Notes under the pieces: model-generated | Told to the model about the DNA's origin: nothing | What the model saw: only the letters and a program-made list of their open reading frames with translations | The model's database searches: none | Position numbers and translations under genes: made by a program | Shown here: one piece after another, positions 23,768 to 37,000 of the stretch | Numbering within the stretch: position 1 is the stretch's first letter | Layout of the letters: each line of letters begins with the position of its first letter | Assembly (NCBI GenBank): GCA_951406725.2 | Contig: OX597815.1 | Location: forward strand, 32,736,001 to 32,800,000 | From: Octopus vulgaris | Taxonomy: Eukaryota | Reading direction: 5' to 3' | DNA length: 64,000 nt

Positions 23768-24108
23768 GAAGGCGCATGGCTCAGTGGTTAGAGCGTCGAG
23801 CTTACGATCGTGAGGTTGTGAGCTCGAATCCCGGACCGGGCTGCGTGTTGTGTTCTTGAGCAAAGCACTTTATTTCACGTTGCTCCAGTTCACTCAGTTG
23901 TAGAAATGAGTTGCGACGTCACTGGTGCCAAGCTGTATCGACCTTTGTCTTTCCCTTGGATAACACTGGTGGCATGGAGAGGGGAGGCTGGTATGCATGG
24001 GCGACTGCTGGTCTTCCATAAACAACCTTGCCCGGACTTGTGTCTAGGAGGGTAACTTTCTAGGTGCAATCCCATGGTCATTCATGACCGAAGGGGGTCT
24101 TTACCCTT
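23768..24108 (+). mobile_element. tRNA(Arg)-like-headed SINE (family C)
   Basis: GAAGGCGCATGGCTCAGTGGTTAGAGCG...TTACGAT...TCGAATCCC head followed by the SINE body. Confidence 0.85.
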
Positions 24109-24356
24109 ATATATATATGACACACATAAGCACATTATATCCATTTGTTTGAAATTATGGTATGGATTCAATTACTGACTTATTTATACACATGCACATG
24201 TGTGGGCATGACTGCTCAGTTGGTATGACGTTTGTTCACGCAGTAGCAAGTTGTCTGCTGGTGTCCCCTACTATAACCAGATTTGATCGGCAGAAACTAG
24301 AGGCTTGTCGTATCTATCTATCCATCTGCCTGTCCCTGTCTGTCTGTCTGTCTGTC

Positions 24357-24387
<31 letters not shown>

Positions 24388-24522
24388 ATATATATATATA
24401 TACTCACACACACATAAGTGTAAGTACAAAGAACAATAAAAATGATAACACAGGAAGAATAAGGTTTAGCAAAAAGAAAAAAAAAATGGATTAGCTTAAT
24501 GCTTCAATGGAAAGAGAATGTG

Positions 24523-24558
24523 TCTTAATGTTTTGGATGTTAGTCCATCATCAGAAGA
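24523..24558 (-). ncRNA. Hammerhead relic (G12 lost, consistent with CpG decay)
   Basis: UCUU-CUGAUGA-U-GGA(cuaaca)UCC-AAAA-CA-U-U-AAGA; perfect 4-bp stem I. Confidence 0.55.
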
Positions 24559-24866
24559 AATAAAACATGGAGGGAATGAGAAAGAGGAATAGTCAGTGCA
24601 TTCCCAAAGAACTTTGGTAAAGTGTTAGAAATCAGTTGTATGAGTGCGTATTGTTCTTGTCATTATAATCAAAGTGATACTGTTCATATAGACAGTGTCC
24701 TTTGCAGTTCTCATTGAAATCATGTCTGACTGTTTGTTGTCCAAAGGACCGGCAGAATTATTATTTTGCTAGGTTGGTAACAAGAAGGGCATCCAACTGT
24801 AAAAAAATTCTGCATCACTGACTCATGCAAGCATAGAATAGTAGTTGTAAAAATGATGCCAATATA

Positions 24867-25706
24867 CAAGGTCTGATCAGTAAGTATCCGAACTGTTGCC
24901 ATAGTAATGAAGCTAAAGCATGCGGAGTGAAGGCACTGTGCACTAAGTTTTAATGTTCTATCTTACTTCCGCTGTTTGCATCAGTGCTTTGAAGGAAGGT
25001 GTGTAGCATGTGATTGTTGCATTGACTATGGCAGAGAAAGTTGTCATGGTGACACCTGCTCAGAAGCCTATGCAAAGTTGCAGAAAGTGTATGGAGAGGA
25101 GTGTATGAGCCGCACACAAGTGTACAAGTGATTAAGACATTTCCATGATAGCCGATAAAATGATATCAATGAACGTTCTGGGAGACCGCAAGCAGCAGAA
25201 CTGAGAAAAACATCGCAGACTTGTGTGCAGCTGTGAGGGGAAATCGTTGACTCACCAGCTGTGAATTATCAGGGAATGTGCAGATTAGTTACAGTTCAGT
25301 CCATTATCACTGAATATTTGGGTATGAGACGCTTGTCTCCCAAGTTTGTGCCAAAACTACTTTCAGGTAACCAAAAAAAACAAAAAAACAAACGGGTTCC
25401 AGTTGCACAAGATCTCCTTGATTGCGTTGAAAAGGATGAAAACTTTGCGTAGGCCTTTGAGCAGGTGTCCCCAAGCTTTTGTCAAAATTTGATGCTCAAC
25501 TTTCTCTGTCATGGTCAATGTGACAATCACATGCTATGCACCTTCCTGCATAGCACTGCTGTAAACTGCAGATGTGAGCTAGAACCTTAAAACTTAGTGC
25601 ACATGCACAACCGAGTTGAAGGTCAATCTGTGCTAAGCAGCTTCACTCTCTGTGTTTTAGTTTCGTTACTATAGCGGCAGTCCGGATACTTATTGATCAG
25701 AACATG
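24867..25706 (+). mobile_element. Mariner derivative with duplicated left end (fold-back) and truncated transposase
   Basis: TA-CAAGGTCTGATCAGTAAGTATCCG / CGGATACTTATTGATCAG; EAYAKLQKVYGEECMSRTQVYK, ERSGRP, LGMRRLSPKFVPKLL. Confidence 0.85.
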
Positions 25707-26371
25707 TGTGGATATATATATATATATATATATATACTCATACATTATGGAATATCATATTTGCTACAAATTGCTTGGTTGTTTTTTTTTCATTTTTTAT
25801 GCTAGGAGTAAGATAACTGGCTCAGCTTAAATCAAGCTGTGGCTATCCCAGCGTGAAAATGAAAGTAACTTTTGAAAATAATATATTAATAACTCTCAAA
25901 TGCATTGAGTGCTTTATTTTGCTGAAATTATCAACAAGCAACAGTACATTATATATATGTGGAAAGTCCTTTAGTAAGTGCAGGAATATTTCAACTCTTT
26001 TCTATCATTATCACATCAGCTAGCAGAGAATGTCTTGTGCACTCAGTGTTTTGCATAAAGAATGAGTTTATGTAAATATATAAACACACATATATATATA
26101 TATATATATGTATAAATAATGTAGATGCCCAAGGAAGCATACATGTGTAATGGAAGCATACCCAAGACTTATAAATATTATAAATAACATTTAGTAATAT
26201 CCTCACAAATGAACATGTGGGATGCAGAAACATATGTTGCAATATATTAATAAAATCTAGAAATTTCCATCCACATGTTGTTTTCATTGTTACAATAGAG
26301 TTATATATATATATGTATATATATATCCACACATATGTATACATATGCAGACATCTATATCATATATCTAA

Positions 26372-26677
26372 CTGGCACTCTGTTGGTTGCGATGATGAGG
26401 GTTCCAGGTGATCTGGTCAATGGAACAGCCTGCTCATGAAATTAAAGTGCCAGTGGCTGAACACTACACAGACCCACGTACCCTTAGCATAGTTCTCTGG
26501 GAGATTCGATGTGGCACAGTGTGACAAGGCTGATCCTTTGAATTACAGGTATGACTCATTCTTGTCAGTTGAGTGGACTGGAGCAATGTGAAATAAAACG
26601 TCTTGCTCAAGGACACAATGCATTATTGGGAATCAAACTCATGAGATGAATACCCTAATCACTAAGCTACACACCTT
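26372..26677 (-). mobile_element. tRNA-headed SINE (C-type head, 3' part shared with 54240-54624)
   Basis: GAACAGCCTGCTCATGAAATTAA is the reverse complement of the segment at 54546-54568. Confidence 0.7.
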
Positions 26678-27661
26678 TGTATCATATGTATGTATCCATG
26701 TGTGTGTGGCTGACGCCAGTGTCACGTAACTAGCAACTGTGCTGGTAGCATGTAAAAAGGACCTTTTGAACATTGGGCCTCATGGAGGCAATGACAAATG
26801 ACTGAGACCTGTGGCAATATGCTGTACTTGAGAAGAAGACCCATGAAGCCAAGTGAAGTTTTAGTTGTGTCAGATACTGGTGTCATGCAACTGGCACCCA
26901 TGCCAGTGGCACATAAAAGCACTCATTACACTCTCGGAGTGGTTGGCGTTAGGAAGGGCATCAAGCCATAGAAACCATGCCAAATCAGATAGGAGTCTGG
27001 TGCAGCCCCTCAGCTTACCAGCCCTGGTCAAACCATCCAACCGATTCCAGCATAGACAACAAATGTTAAATGATGATGATGATGATGATGATGATACACA
27101 TACACATATATTGACAGAATGGCTACATTGAGATTGCTAAGGCGAATGGACTATCTTAAGTTTCAGAAGTAGCCCTTCTTCATGGGTGAGATGACAGGAG
27201 GGAAATATAAGAAAGACAGCAGAGTTTTACATCCTTGGATTCTGTTTTATCAGATACATATGTATATACCAATGGAATATATTTATTCTATATCGTAAAT
27301 TAACACGGTAAGTCCTCCCTTTCACCTAAACTTACAAACATGACCAATTAAGGAATATACTTAACAAAATCAGGAATGCCCTCCTCAGATTTCTGCATTA
27401 TTTGGGGCTATTTACAATGTCTTGATAAATGAAATTTTTTGTTTTTCCATTTGGTGCATAGATGTAAAGATTTTTCTTACTTCCTACTCTTGAATGTTCA
27501 AAGTTAAGCTGACCATGGGTGAAACAGGGCTCTTCAAGGTGTAAACCAACAACTGAAATTGTTTGGAAGGATTTTGTAAGGATAGTTGTCTATCACAAAA
27601 ATGAAAGCAGACATTGCAGCGATGGATTTTTAAACAAAATGAAAGTAATTACATGCTATAT

Positions 27662-27709
<48 letters not shown>

Positions 27710-27919
27710 GGGGAGCAGCATGCATGAGAAATATACATATACAGAGGAAAGAGTGAGAGACGGTGTGGTAAATATATTTAGAAAGGGAGAAGCATAAAAG
27801 ACAGAGAGAGACAGATAGATATGACAAAGTTATGTTATTTCTTTTTATCAAATATTTTCTAATTATTATTTACCAAAAACTTTCACTTTAGGACACAGAT
27901 TTCAAAAATCGAATCCATT

Positions 27920-28281
27920 TTTCTTGAGGATGCACCATTTCAGAGACTTTTGGGACTATACACACATATACTGTCATCTGCAAAGTCTAGATCCTTGACG
28001 GAAAAGAATTCATCTACGAAGCAATTGCCCCAGCTCTCCTTCAGGGTTGGCAAAAGTGATGTGGTGGACAACGAAAAACCTGACTGATGACAGTCAAGGC
28101 TGATCTGGAACCCAACCTAGACCCCCATATCTACAGCATTCGCCACTGGAATAAGGAGTGGTTGGAGATCATGCGGTTGTTAGCCTCAAATCGCCAGGCC
28201 TGGTCAGCGTTTGAGATGCAGCATTGAGGATGAATGAAACCAGCTCAACCCACCCTGGGTGAATGCTGTCAAGTCAAGTCA
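27920..28281 (+). pseudogene. Non-LTR retrotransposon 3' end
   Basis: RGGQRKT*LMTVKADLEP...HWNKEWLEIMRLLASNRQAW; ends in (CAAGT) repeats. Confidence 0.6.
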
Positions 28282-28344
28282 CACATATACTCTCATTTAT
28301 ATAGTAAATGTTTTTTGTTTGTGTATAGATTGTTTGAAGAAGTA

Positions 28345-28758
28345 TACTCTCTTTTACTCTTTTACTTGTTTCAGTCATTTGACTGTGGCCATGCTGGAGC
28401 ACTGCCTTTAATCGAGCAACTCGACCCCAGGACTTATTCTTTGTAAGCCCAGTACTTATTCTATCGGTCTCTTTTTGCCGAACCGCTAAGTGACGGGGAC
28501 ATAAACACACCAGCATCGGTTGTCAAGCAATGCTAGGGGGACAAACACAGACACACAAACATACACGCACACATATATATATATACATATATACGATGGG
28601 CTTCTTTCAGTTTCCGTCTACAAAATCCACTCACAAGGCTTTGGTCGGCCTGAGGCTATAGTGAAAGACACTTGCCCAAGGTGCCACGCAGTGGGACTGA
28701 ACCCAGAACCATGTGGTTGGTAAACAAGCTACTTACCACACAGCCACTCCTGCGCCTA
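28345..28758 (-). mobile_element. SINE family A
   Basis: Nearly identical to 970-1374. Confidence 0.9.
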
Positions 28759-28768
28759 CAAATTCTAT

Positions 28769-29165
28769 ATATTAAGAAAGTCAAGATTTGGCTAAAAGCT
28801 ATGTAATTAGTGCTTTTGCCCCCTTCAGGGATTCATCATGAATGATTTCTTATTGAAAAGTCATACCTTTTATATGTATGTGAGTTAGATGAAATAAAAA
28901 GTCTGGAGTTGAATTTGTTTTCTTGAGTTTTGGAAAGAGGATATTTTGGGAGTGGTTATTTGAAATGCTCTTTGTCATTTGCAAACCTCTTTCTAAAACA
29001 CAAGGAAGCAAATTCAACTCCAGATTTTGTCTTCAACTAACTCGCATGTACATAAAAGGTACGAATTTTTCTATAAGAAAACATTCATGATGAATCCCTG
29101 AGAGGGGAAAGATGCTAAATAAATAGTTTTTATCCAAATCCTGATTACGTTCTTTTTCTTAATAT
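28769..29165. mobile_element. Fold-back element with arms of about 170 bp
   Basis: 28769-28940 is inverted as 28986-29165. Confidence 0.8.
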
Positions 29166-29229
29166 GTGTGTGTGTGCATGTGCATGTGTGTGTGTGCATG
29201 TATTTCTATATATGTAAATATATATGCAT

Positions 29230-29660
29230 ATCCATTTTTCTGTTAATATTAGAGTCTGTCTTGATTCCTACTTACTAAATGTTTGTTTTCGGTAGGTTTA
29301 CTCTCAGCCCTATTGATTTATAGGTTTCCACATCTGGAAGTTTTCTCTAAGTTTTCTACTCTCTCTCTCTCTTATAAAATCTGGGTTATCATTATGTAAA
29401 ATGTATCTTAAATTCTACTATTATGGCCTGGAAGACTAAATTAAAGATGTGGTGGCTGAGACCTGAATCTTGATGGACACCTTGTACTCAAAATTCCTCA
29501 CTGAACTCATTGCTAACTCTCACTTTGCTAAATGCATCTTTACATATGGGTTATACAAATATATTATCAAGGTATTGTGTTACAGCTTGATGCCCTTCTT
29601 ACCTCAAGCTTTGACCTGATTTTCATGTAGAGGAGCTTTGATTCTACACATCTTCAAAGC
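29230..29660 (-). pseudogene. RTE-like RT remnant
   Basis: Similar to 7120-7770 (AGGTTTACTCTCAGCC, CTGAACTCATTGCTAACTCTCAC). Confidence 0.5.
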
Positions 29661-30579
29661 CACATATGCCAGCTTAATATCAATTAAATAATATCTATTT
29701 ACACACAACACAGTGTAAATCAAAATCGAAGCCTTATTTACTTGGACTGCTCTCAAATGACATTCATTAACTTATAGTTTTCTTAGGAACAATTAACTTC
29801 TAGCTTGTATTATGCATATTGGGCTGTCCACTAACTTTTATAAGTAACTGATCTTTGTTATTGATTGGGGAAAGAAGGTGGCTATTTCTTCTGAGGGATA
29901 GTCAACAAACTATAAACAAACTTTTTTCTGAATATCATTATTCTAAAATGAATGTGTTTACATTCTTATTCTTCTTTAGCCCACAGTAAGATTTTATTAT
30001 AAAATTTACTTCACTTCTGATTTAGTCTGTGTTGTACATAAATAAGTATTATTTAAATAATAAGCTGTCAAAAACACAAATATGCAAATTAGGCGTTCCA
30101 TTTAGGTGCTAGCATAATTCACAATTTGTTTATAAATAACTGGTCTGTTGTAGGGGGAGTCCCTTTTTCCATGCACATCAATAATATGGATGGAATGTGT
30201 TTACATTCTTGTTATTCAGCTACATAATATTTAAATTTACTTCAGTTCTTCTTTATTCTGTATTGTGCATAAATAGATATTGTTTATTAAATTAAGACTT
30301 GGCATTTGTACCTTCAAAGATAAGGGAAATAATAGGTTGCTAACTTGAAAAACAGGACAAGGCTTGATGTGGGAAGTTTATCAGGCTGTAAAGCAATGAA
30401 TGTCTTAATAATATCTTTGTCTAACCCATGCTAATATGGGAAAAGGGATGTAAAGACAAGCAAATATGTTTATAGCTATAACTATATGTACCATGACAAA
30501 CGTATAGTTTACTAGAAAGAAATGTTAAATTTCATGCCGCTGTAATCTTCAGGCAGGACTTGCTACAACTTGACATCAG

Positions 30580-31420
30580 TGGTATATTTATATTCTTTGG
30601 TGTATGTGTGGTCTCATTCTTGTGTTGGTTCATTGGTTTGAGTTTTATGTTTGCTTATTGACTGTTATATTTCTGATGTTTCACTGGTTATTTTTTGTGA
30701 TGCACAGTGTTTATATTTTGTTCTTTGTTGATGAGGGTGTGTGTTTTTGATTTGCTTATTTGATTTAGCTGTTGATCTAGTAAATGCTGTTTTTTCTTTG
30801 TTAAGTTTGTTTCAGTATGTTTTTTGCTCAAGTTCCTCTTGAGTGTTGTGTTTATACATGTTGTTTTGGTCTTACTTGTGGGTGAGTTTAACTGTAAAAC
30901 TATTTAGGGACATATTTATTGTAAATGATGTTTCATCCCTGAGTGGTCTTAGTGTAGCCTATAGAAATTGTTTTGCTAAACTAATTAAAGATTTTAGTTT
31001 ATTTGAATGGGAGTATATTTCTGAATTATATAGTTCTTTTGGTGTGCTTGTTCATGTGTGTGAAAGAGAGAGAGAGAGAGAACATCTGGTTTTCATCTGT
31101 CTGGTTGACTGGTTATGACTATAGCATTTGGAAATTAATTTGGGTCAGTGTGAAGGATTCTTTATGACTTATTGATATTGTCTATTGTCTCGTTAAAAAA
31201 CAAAACTTGTTCTTTTATTTCATTAGTGCCATATGTTTTTTGACTTATATAATTCTTTATGTTTGTGCTTGTGTGTGATATTTTAATGTGTGTTTTGTCC
31301 TGTTTGGAGTTTGGGCCATTTTTTGGAATTGAATTTATTTTAGTGCCTTTAGAGAAATGACATTCATGTTTAAGTGTGCTGAAATATTTCAAAAATAGAC
31401 ATATTATTTGATCTTTGTTG
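30580..31420 (-). pseudogene. Penelope-like element ORF relic (RT thumb/linker and GIY-YIG)
   Basis: ORF 31162-31392 (ECHFSKGTKINS...IKISHTS...NETIDNINKS) resembles the PLE thumb region; SIGYTKTT at about 30941-30966 resembles the YIG motif. Confidence 0.55.
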
Positions 31421-31971
31421 CTTTGAGTGGTTATACTGAATTAATTCCAGCTGGGCAAGACTAAGCATACACTGGCAAATGTCTTGTTTGCTGTTTCCTA
31501 TATAGGAGCAGAAGTTCCTGTCTTGCTCATAATGGCTAAGACAGTATCACTAAGGAGCAGAAATCATGCTGAAACACTGCATTTGGTAGTCTGTTGACAT
31601 TACTTGGAGCTAAGTATTTTTTATACAATAAGTTTATAGTAAGAAATTTGTTGTGTAAGACATAATCTCCCAGTAAATGCCATTAACATACAGGTGTTTA
31701 GGAACATGTTTAAATATATATATATATGGTGGTTGTCTACTCCTTATGCAGAGTCTGATCACCTCTTGTACTTACACTTTAGATCTATCATAGCATGGGA
31801 TGTGGTTTTTTTAAACCAGACAATGTTTTGAAAAGACACCCACATAGATTGCAAATCTGATTTGGACCACCAAGAATTGCAGTTAAGTTCTTATCTTTGT
31901 AGATCTTAAGATGTCTTTTGAGGCCTCTGTTAGATTATATGTACACACACATCATCACACACACACACACA

Positions 31972-32433
31972 CAAGGTGTAACAGGTAAATTGGGACAAGT
32001 TTCAAATGGGTATATTTCTGATTGTACAGATTTTGCTTGAGTCTAAATTTTAAATATTACCAGCTTGAATAATCACTTGCACTATCTTTTATCACTGATT
32101 GACCAAATTATGAATGTTAATAAAGAATTAAACTGTAGATGTGTAATTGCCAAATTATTCTGTACTGGCAAAAGTGCTGGGAAGATTATTAGAGTTACAA
32201 AGTATGCCAAATCTACTGTTTTTAGAGTTGTAGTTAATTTGAAGAAAAATCAGGATGTTTGAAGAAAGCCTCATGACTTGCTCTGACTGAAAATGCACAT
32301 CTCACTTCTTAGCAGGACTTAAAAGGCAAAGTTGGCTCAAGATCGAGGAGTCAGTAAAATGACTATTTCTGGGGCTGTGAGACAAGATCTTCATATGAAA
32401 TCATACATGAGGAAACACCATAACATCTTAACT
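31972..32433 (+). pseudogene. Tc1/mariner 5' end with HTH domain
   Basis: IAKLFCTGKSAGKIIRVTKYAKSTVFRVV...RGVSKMTISGAVRQDLHMKSYMRKHHNILT. Confidence 0.7.
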
Positions 32434-33255
32434 ACCCACTCCCAAACCATTCAAGCTGAAAGAAATCCCGATGTTTGAGTAAGCAAGCAGCTGATGTAAA
32501 GACACCCAACTCCCACACACGCATATTGGTCTTTTGTCAGTTTCTGTGTTCCATGTCTGTTCACAAAACTTTTCTTGGCCTGGTGCTTTAGTAAAAGACA
32601 TTTGCACAATGTGACCGAACATGAAACCATGTGGTTAATGAGTAAACTTCTCATTTACACAGTCATGCCTTTGCCTGTCTATGCATATAAATATACACAC
32701 ACACACAAACACACAGTTTATGTATGTTGCTTTATGCCAAATGAATGAGAAAAGAGTGCTCAATACATAATGTAGAGTATATGGTTTTCTCTTTATTGAA
32801 ATTGATAAAGCCTCAGTTTGTTTCAATAAAACCCTACATATCTCTCTTGGTAACAAAAGGCCTTCTCTCTCAAAGTGAAAGGTAGATTGTATGTTGCTTC
32901 TGTACAAACAACAGCACTACACAGTAGTGTATATAGGTATAAATTAGTGCATCAAGCAAAAATACTTGTGGTTTAGGTATTGAGTTACATCCCTATATGT
33001 TAAATGTGAACTTAACAATTTGACATTATCATTGTTTTATTGTCCAGTTTTTCATGCTTGCTTGGATCAGATGGAATTCATCGAAGCAGATTTTGTCCTT
33101 CCTGTTTCCAACCATCACTTATTTCCAAGGGATCAGTAAAATAATTACCAAGTTGTGGACTGGTTTAATATTTATGACTACACACTTTGACAGCAGTACT
33201 GCAGCATAACCAATATCCAAAGACTAAATTACATTATATATATATACATACACAC

Positions 33256-34045
33256 AATGTGTGATAAGAAGCTTGCTTCCCAACCACATGGTTCCAGGTT
33301 CAGTCTCACTGCTTGGTACCTTGGGCGAGTGTCTTCTACTATAGCCTTGGGCCTACCGGAGTCTTGTGAATGGATTTGGTAGATAGAAACTGAAAGAAGC
33401 CCATTGTATATGTATATATATATGTCTAAGTGTGTGTTTGTCTGTGTTTGTTCCCACCACTGCTTGGCAACTGGTGTTGGTTTGTTTATGTCCCCATAAC
33501 TTAATAGTTTGGCTTAAGAGGCTGATATAAGTACCAAGCTTTAAAGTTAAAAAGACAATGAGTACTGGAGTTGATTCATTTGATAAAAGATAGAAGATAT
33601 GTATATGTGTGTGAAAGTCTGATGCTCTGCTAACAGAGCTGTGCAGGTGTGGCTGTGTGGTAAGCAGTTTGCTTTCCCACCACATGGTCTTGGGTTCAGT
33701 TCTGCTGTGTGGTACATTGAGTAAGTGTCTTCTACTATTGCTCCAGGTTGACCAAAGCCTTGTGAGATTTGGTAGAAGTAACTGAAAGAAGTTCACTTCA
33801 TATAAGTATACATGTATATGTATGTATACGTGTGTATGTGTGTGTTATTGTCTTCTTGTTTTAACTTCATGTTGACTTCATACAAGCAATGTATCTGTCA
33901 TTTGCAATCTCTGATAAAAACAGGTGTGATCATTGGAAGAAGGTGAGGGTTATGGACGGGAAGGGCTCCAGCTGTTGAAAATCTGGCTCAATAAATTCTG
34001 CCTGACCCATGAAAGCATGGAAAAGTAAATGTTAAAACAACATTA
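33256..34045 (+). mobile_element. Two tandem SINE family A-headed copies
   Basis: Heads near 33256 and 33642 with CCACATGG...GTTCAG motifs. Confidence 0.75.
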
Positions 34046-34497
34046 GTGTTGGTATATGAGTACGTGATTAAATGAAAGAAAGCACTCAACGCATTTAGTT
34101 TGTGTTTTAATTATTTAATAACAGGTGGGTTTAGCTGAGCCAACCTGCCAGCCCATTTAATATATCTATATATATGATTTGTATGTATGTGTAAGTCTGT
34201 GTGTGTATACATACACATGCACACGTACACACACATATACATATATACATTTGCACATACATGTACACACATGCACATGCATACAATACATACATAGAAA
34301 TCTATATACAAAAAATACTCCATAGATATTAACATTGTCATACATGTCATGGTCTGATGCCATGTTCAGTGGAATTCACCTAAATATAGAAACGTCCATT
34401 CTTACCTATCAAAATAGCTAAAGTGCATGTTTGCACACCTACAGGCAGGGACATTGTTATGCTTATTTGTATATGTAATATTGATTCATTTATGAGT

Positions 34498-34506
<9 letters not shown>

Positions 34507-34589
<83 letters not shown>

Positions 34590-34655
34590 TCATCATCATC
34601 ATCGTTTAACGTCCGTTTTCCATATATATATATGTATACATATATATATATATAT
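34507..34655. repeat. (TA)n microsatellite with a tiny RTE-tail fragment
   Basis: Long TA run plus CATCATCATCGTTTAACGTCCGTTTTCCAT. Confidence 0.95.
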
Positions 34656-36968
34656 TTCAATTCTGTAGTTGTATACTTTTTGTGCTTTGTGGTTACTTAT
34701 TGATAAAATTAATTTAGGGGTCTTTAGACAGTAAGAAATTCTGCAATATTTGATAATTTAAAACTAATATTGTAGATAATAACAAGACTCTTTTTTGCTC
34801 TATTTTACCTCTTTACTTAATTTTTTCCCTAGCCAAACCAGTAGTATTGATCTCCTGTTATGAACAGCTACCTATGTAATGCTAATGTAATAGTGTATGA
34901 ATAGTCCAAAAATCTCAGTTGTTTTATTAATATTAGTTTGTTTTTCATTGCCAAAAAAACCAAACAATAAAAACCTCTGAAAACGTGACTGCATTGAGTT
35001 TCTGCTGTACAATAGTTTGCGTGGACTGTTAACTGGATATTGAATTAATGAACCTGAACAAGTTCCATGATGTTAATTGTTACGTGTATGTTCTCCTCTG
35101 CTTGCGATATCCACTAAAAGTAGATTCATTTTTCAACTGGAGGTAACAGACAGCACTGTGTTGTGGTCGTTAAAAACTGTACTTTTATTCAATCTCAGGG
35201 GTATGTACCATGTAATTTTCTTTAATTGAATATTGCTTTTTTAATATATATATAGTTTTTAATTGATACTAAAAGGCAGTTTTTATATTTAGCTTTTCAT
35301 AGTGGCTGTTTTATTGACCTGCGTCAAAATAGCTAGAATATTGCGGTTTCATTTTCTTAATTGATTACAGAGAAATCCTCTTGAGAAATGTTGCCTTCCA
35401 ATGTTTCTGATACTCTATTAAATTTCCAGTATTTTAGCAATCAGCTCACATTAAGTTGTATATTAGGATAGATGAATTAATTGTTGCCATAAATCAACAA
35501 AATGGGGTTTTCAATTGACTTGGTCATTGTTTATTAATTAATTTTTTATTTTTGTGGTGGCTGTATATGTGTGTTTTCAACATATTGTAATTTTCATGTG
35601 GCAACCTTTATAGTTTTCATACTGTGTCTGAAACTTACAAACCAATCTAACAGAACAGCTCCCGAGGGAAAGTGTTGTTGATTAGTCCTGGATCATCCCT
35701 GATCAAACTGTTCTCTGCATAGAGTCATTCCAGCCATGACTATCATATCTTTTCTTTACTTGGCATAGGACTACCATTCAATATACTCTCCTTTTTTTTT
35801 AACACAGTAGAGTGTGATACTTGTGACATTAGCAGCTGTGCTTATCAATTTGAGCAACCGTTCTCTCTCTCATTGGCTTAATTGTATTTTTGTTGTTGCT
35901 GATGCTGTTGCGATGGTGTTATTATTGTCAGATGTTGTCAACTTCAGTTGAAAGGACATTGACTTGGTAGGAATACTTGATCAAATGTTCTTTGTAATTT
36001 GATTTGTAAGTCTAATAAGTTCAAGAAATGGTCTGATAGTTTCATCTCTTATGTTGTACATTCAACAGCATTTGTTTTCTACCAGTGGGAGATGCAATTC
36101 CATTCTGGGTCATAAAATTATTTATTATTTTATGAATGCTATGACAAGTATATTTAATACATACAGTTTCGATAAATTAAAAATTTTATCTGAAATATAT
36201 TCTTTCATTTTCATTAGAGACCAGAGTTGCAGTTGAGGAAAGACTTATAACTGCTGCACCATTTACTGATATTATTATCTATCACAGCCAGATTGGAATT
36301 CAATTCTACGTATTTAAATTATCAAGCTTTTAGTTAATTATATGCATTCCCTAAGTATGATGTACTAGCATCAAGTTACTCTTCCACTTTACTACTACTA
36401 CTAAGTGTACTAAGTACAATTGAATTAATCTTTTTCTTTTTTCTTAATGTTAGTGTGTTTGTCTTGTTTTATATTTACTAATCAAAAGGAAATCCTTTAA
36501 TTAATAGTTTACTCTAGATATTAAAATAATTACTATTCTAATAATCTGATGTATGACGTTAGCTACTAACTAGAGAATCTCAGTAGACAAAGTCTGCAAG
36601 GTTGTCATCCAATTGGCTGTTGGAGCAAATTAAAACCAGGGTCTGAGGAATCTAATGAAGCTTGTGCATCAGTAAATATCAATTGATAAAGTAGTGAAGT
36701 TCACATATTTGATTAAGATTATTTGATACAGGGAAACGTGAGCTCTAACTTTTCAGGTAAAGCCCTTCTTTGGAGAAAAAAAATTTATTCAACTTTTGAA
36801 TGGTGTATATCTTCCTGTTCTTCTGTTAAAACACAGGATGAAAAGTTGACGTTGACTTTGCCTTTCATCCTTTTGGGGTCAATGAAATAAGTACCAGTTG
36901 AGCACTGGTGTCCATGTAATTGGTTAGCCACCTCCCCCAAAATTTCAGGCCTTTCTATAGTAGAAAGG

Positions 36969-37000
<32 letters not shown>

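Noticed and set aside
23768-23845. Possible tRNA-Arg gene (also heads at 111, 6849, 54240)
   Set aside because: Acceptor stem does not pair, there is no terminator, and it continues into a SINE body
27153-27192. Hammerhead-like string on the minus strand
   Set aside because: Core CCCAUGA has two mismatches and the helix III/stem I spacing does not fit
34497-34703. Low-complexity ORFs (YI, L, N, HT repeats; also 37135, 38930, 54752-55019, 57846-58242)
   Set aside because: Translations of microsatellites
36218-36309. Possible second exon in frame with ATG-G at 10953 (ETRVAVEERLITAAPF...)
   Set aside because: Weak donor (TAC|GTATTT) and no recognisable protein; cannot be supported without transcripts
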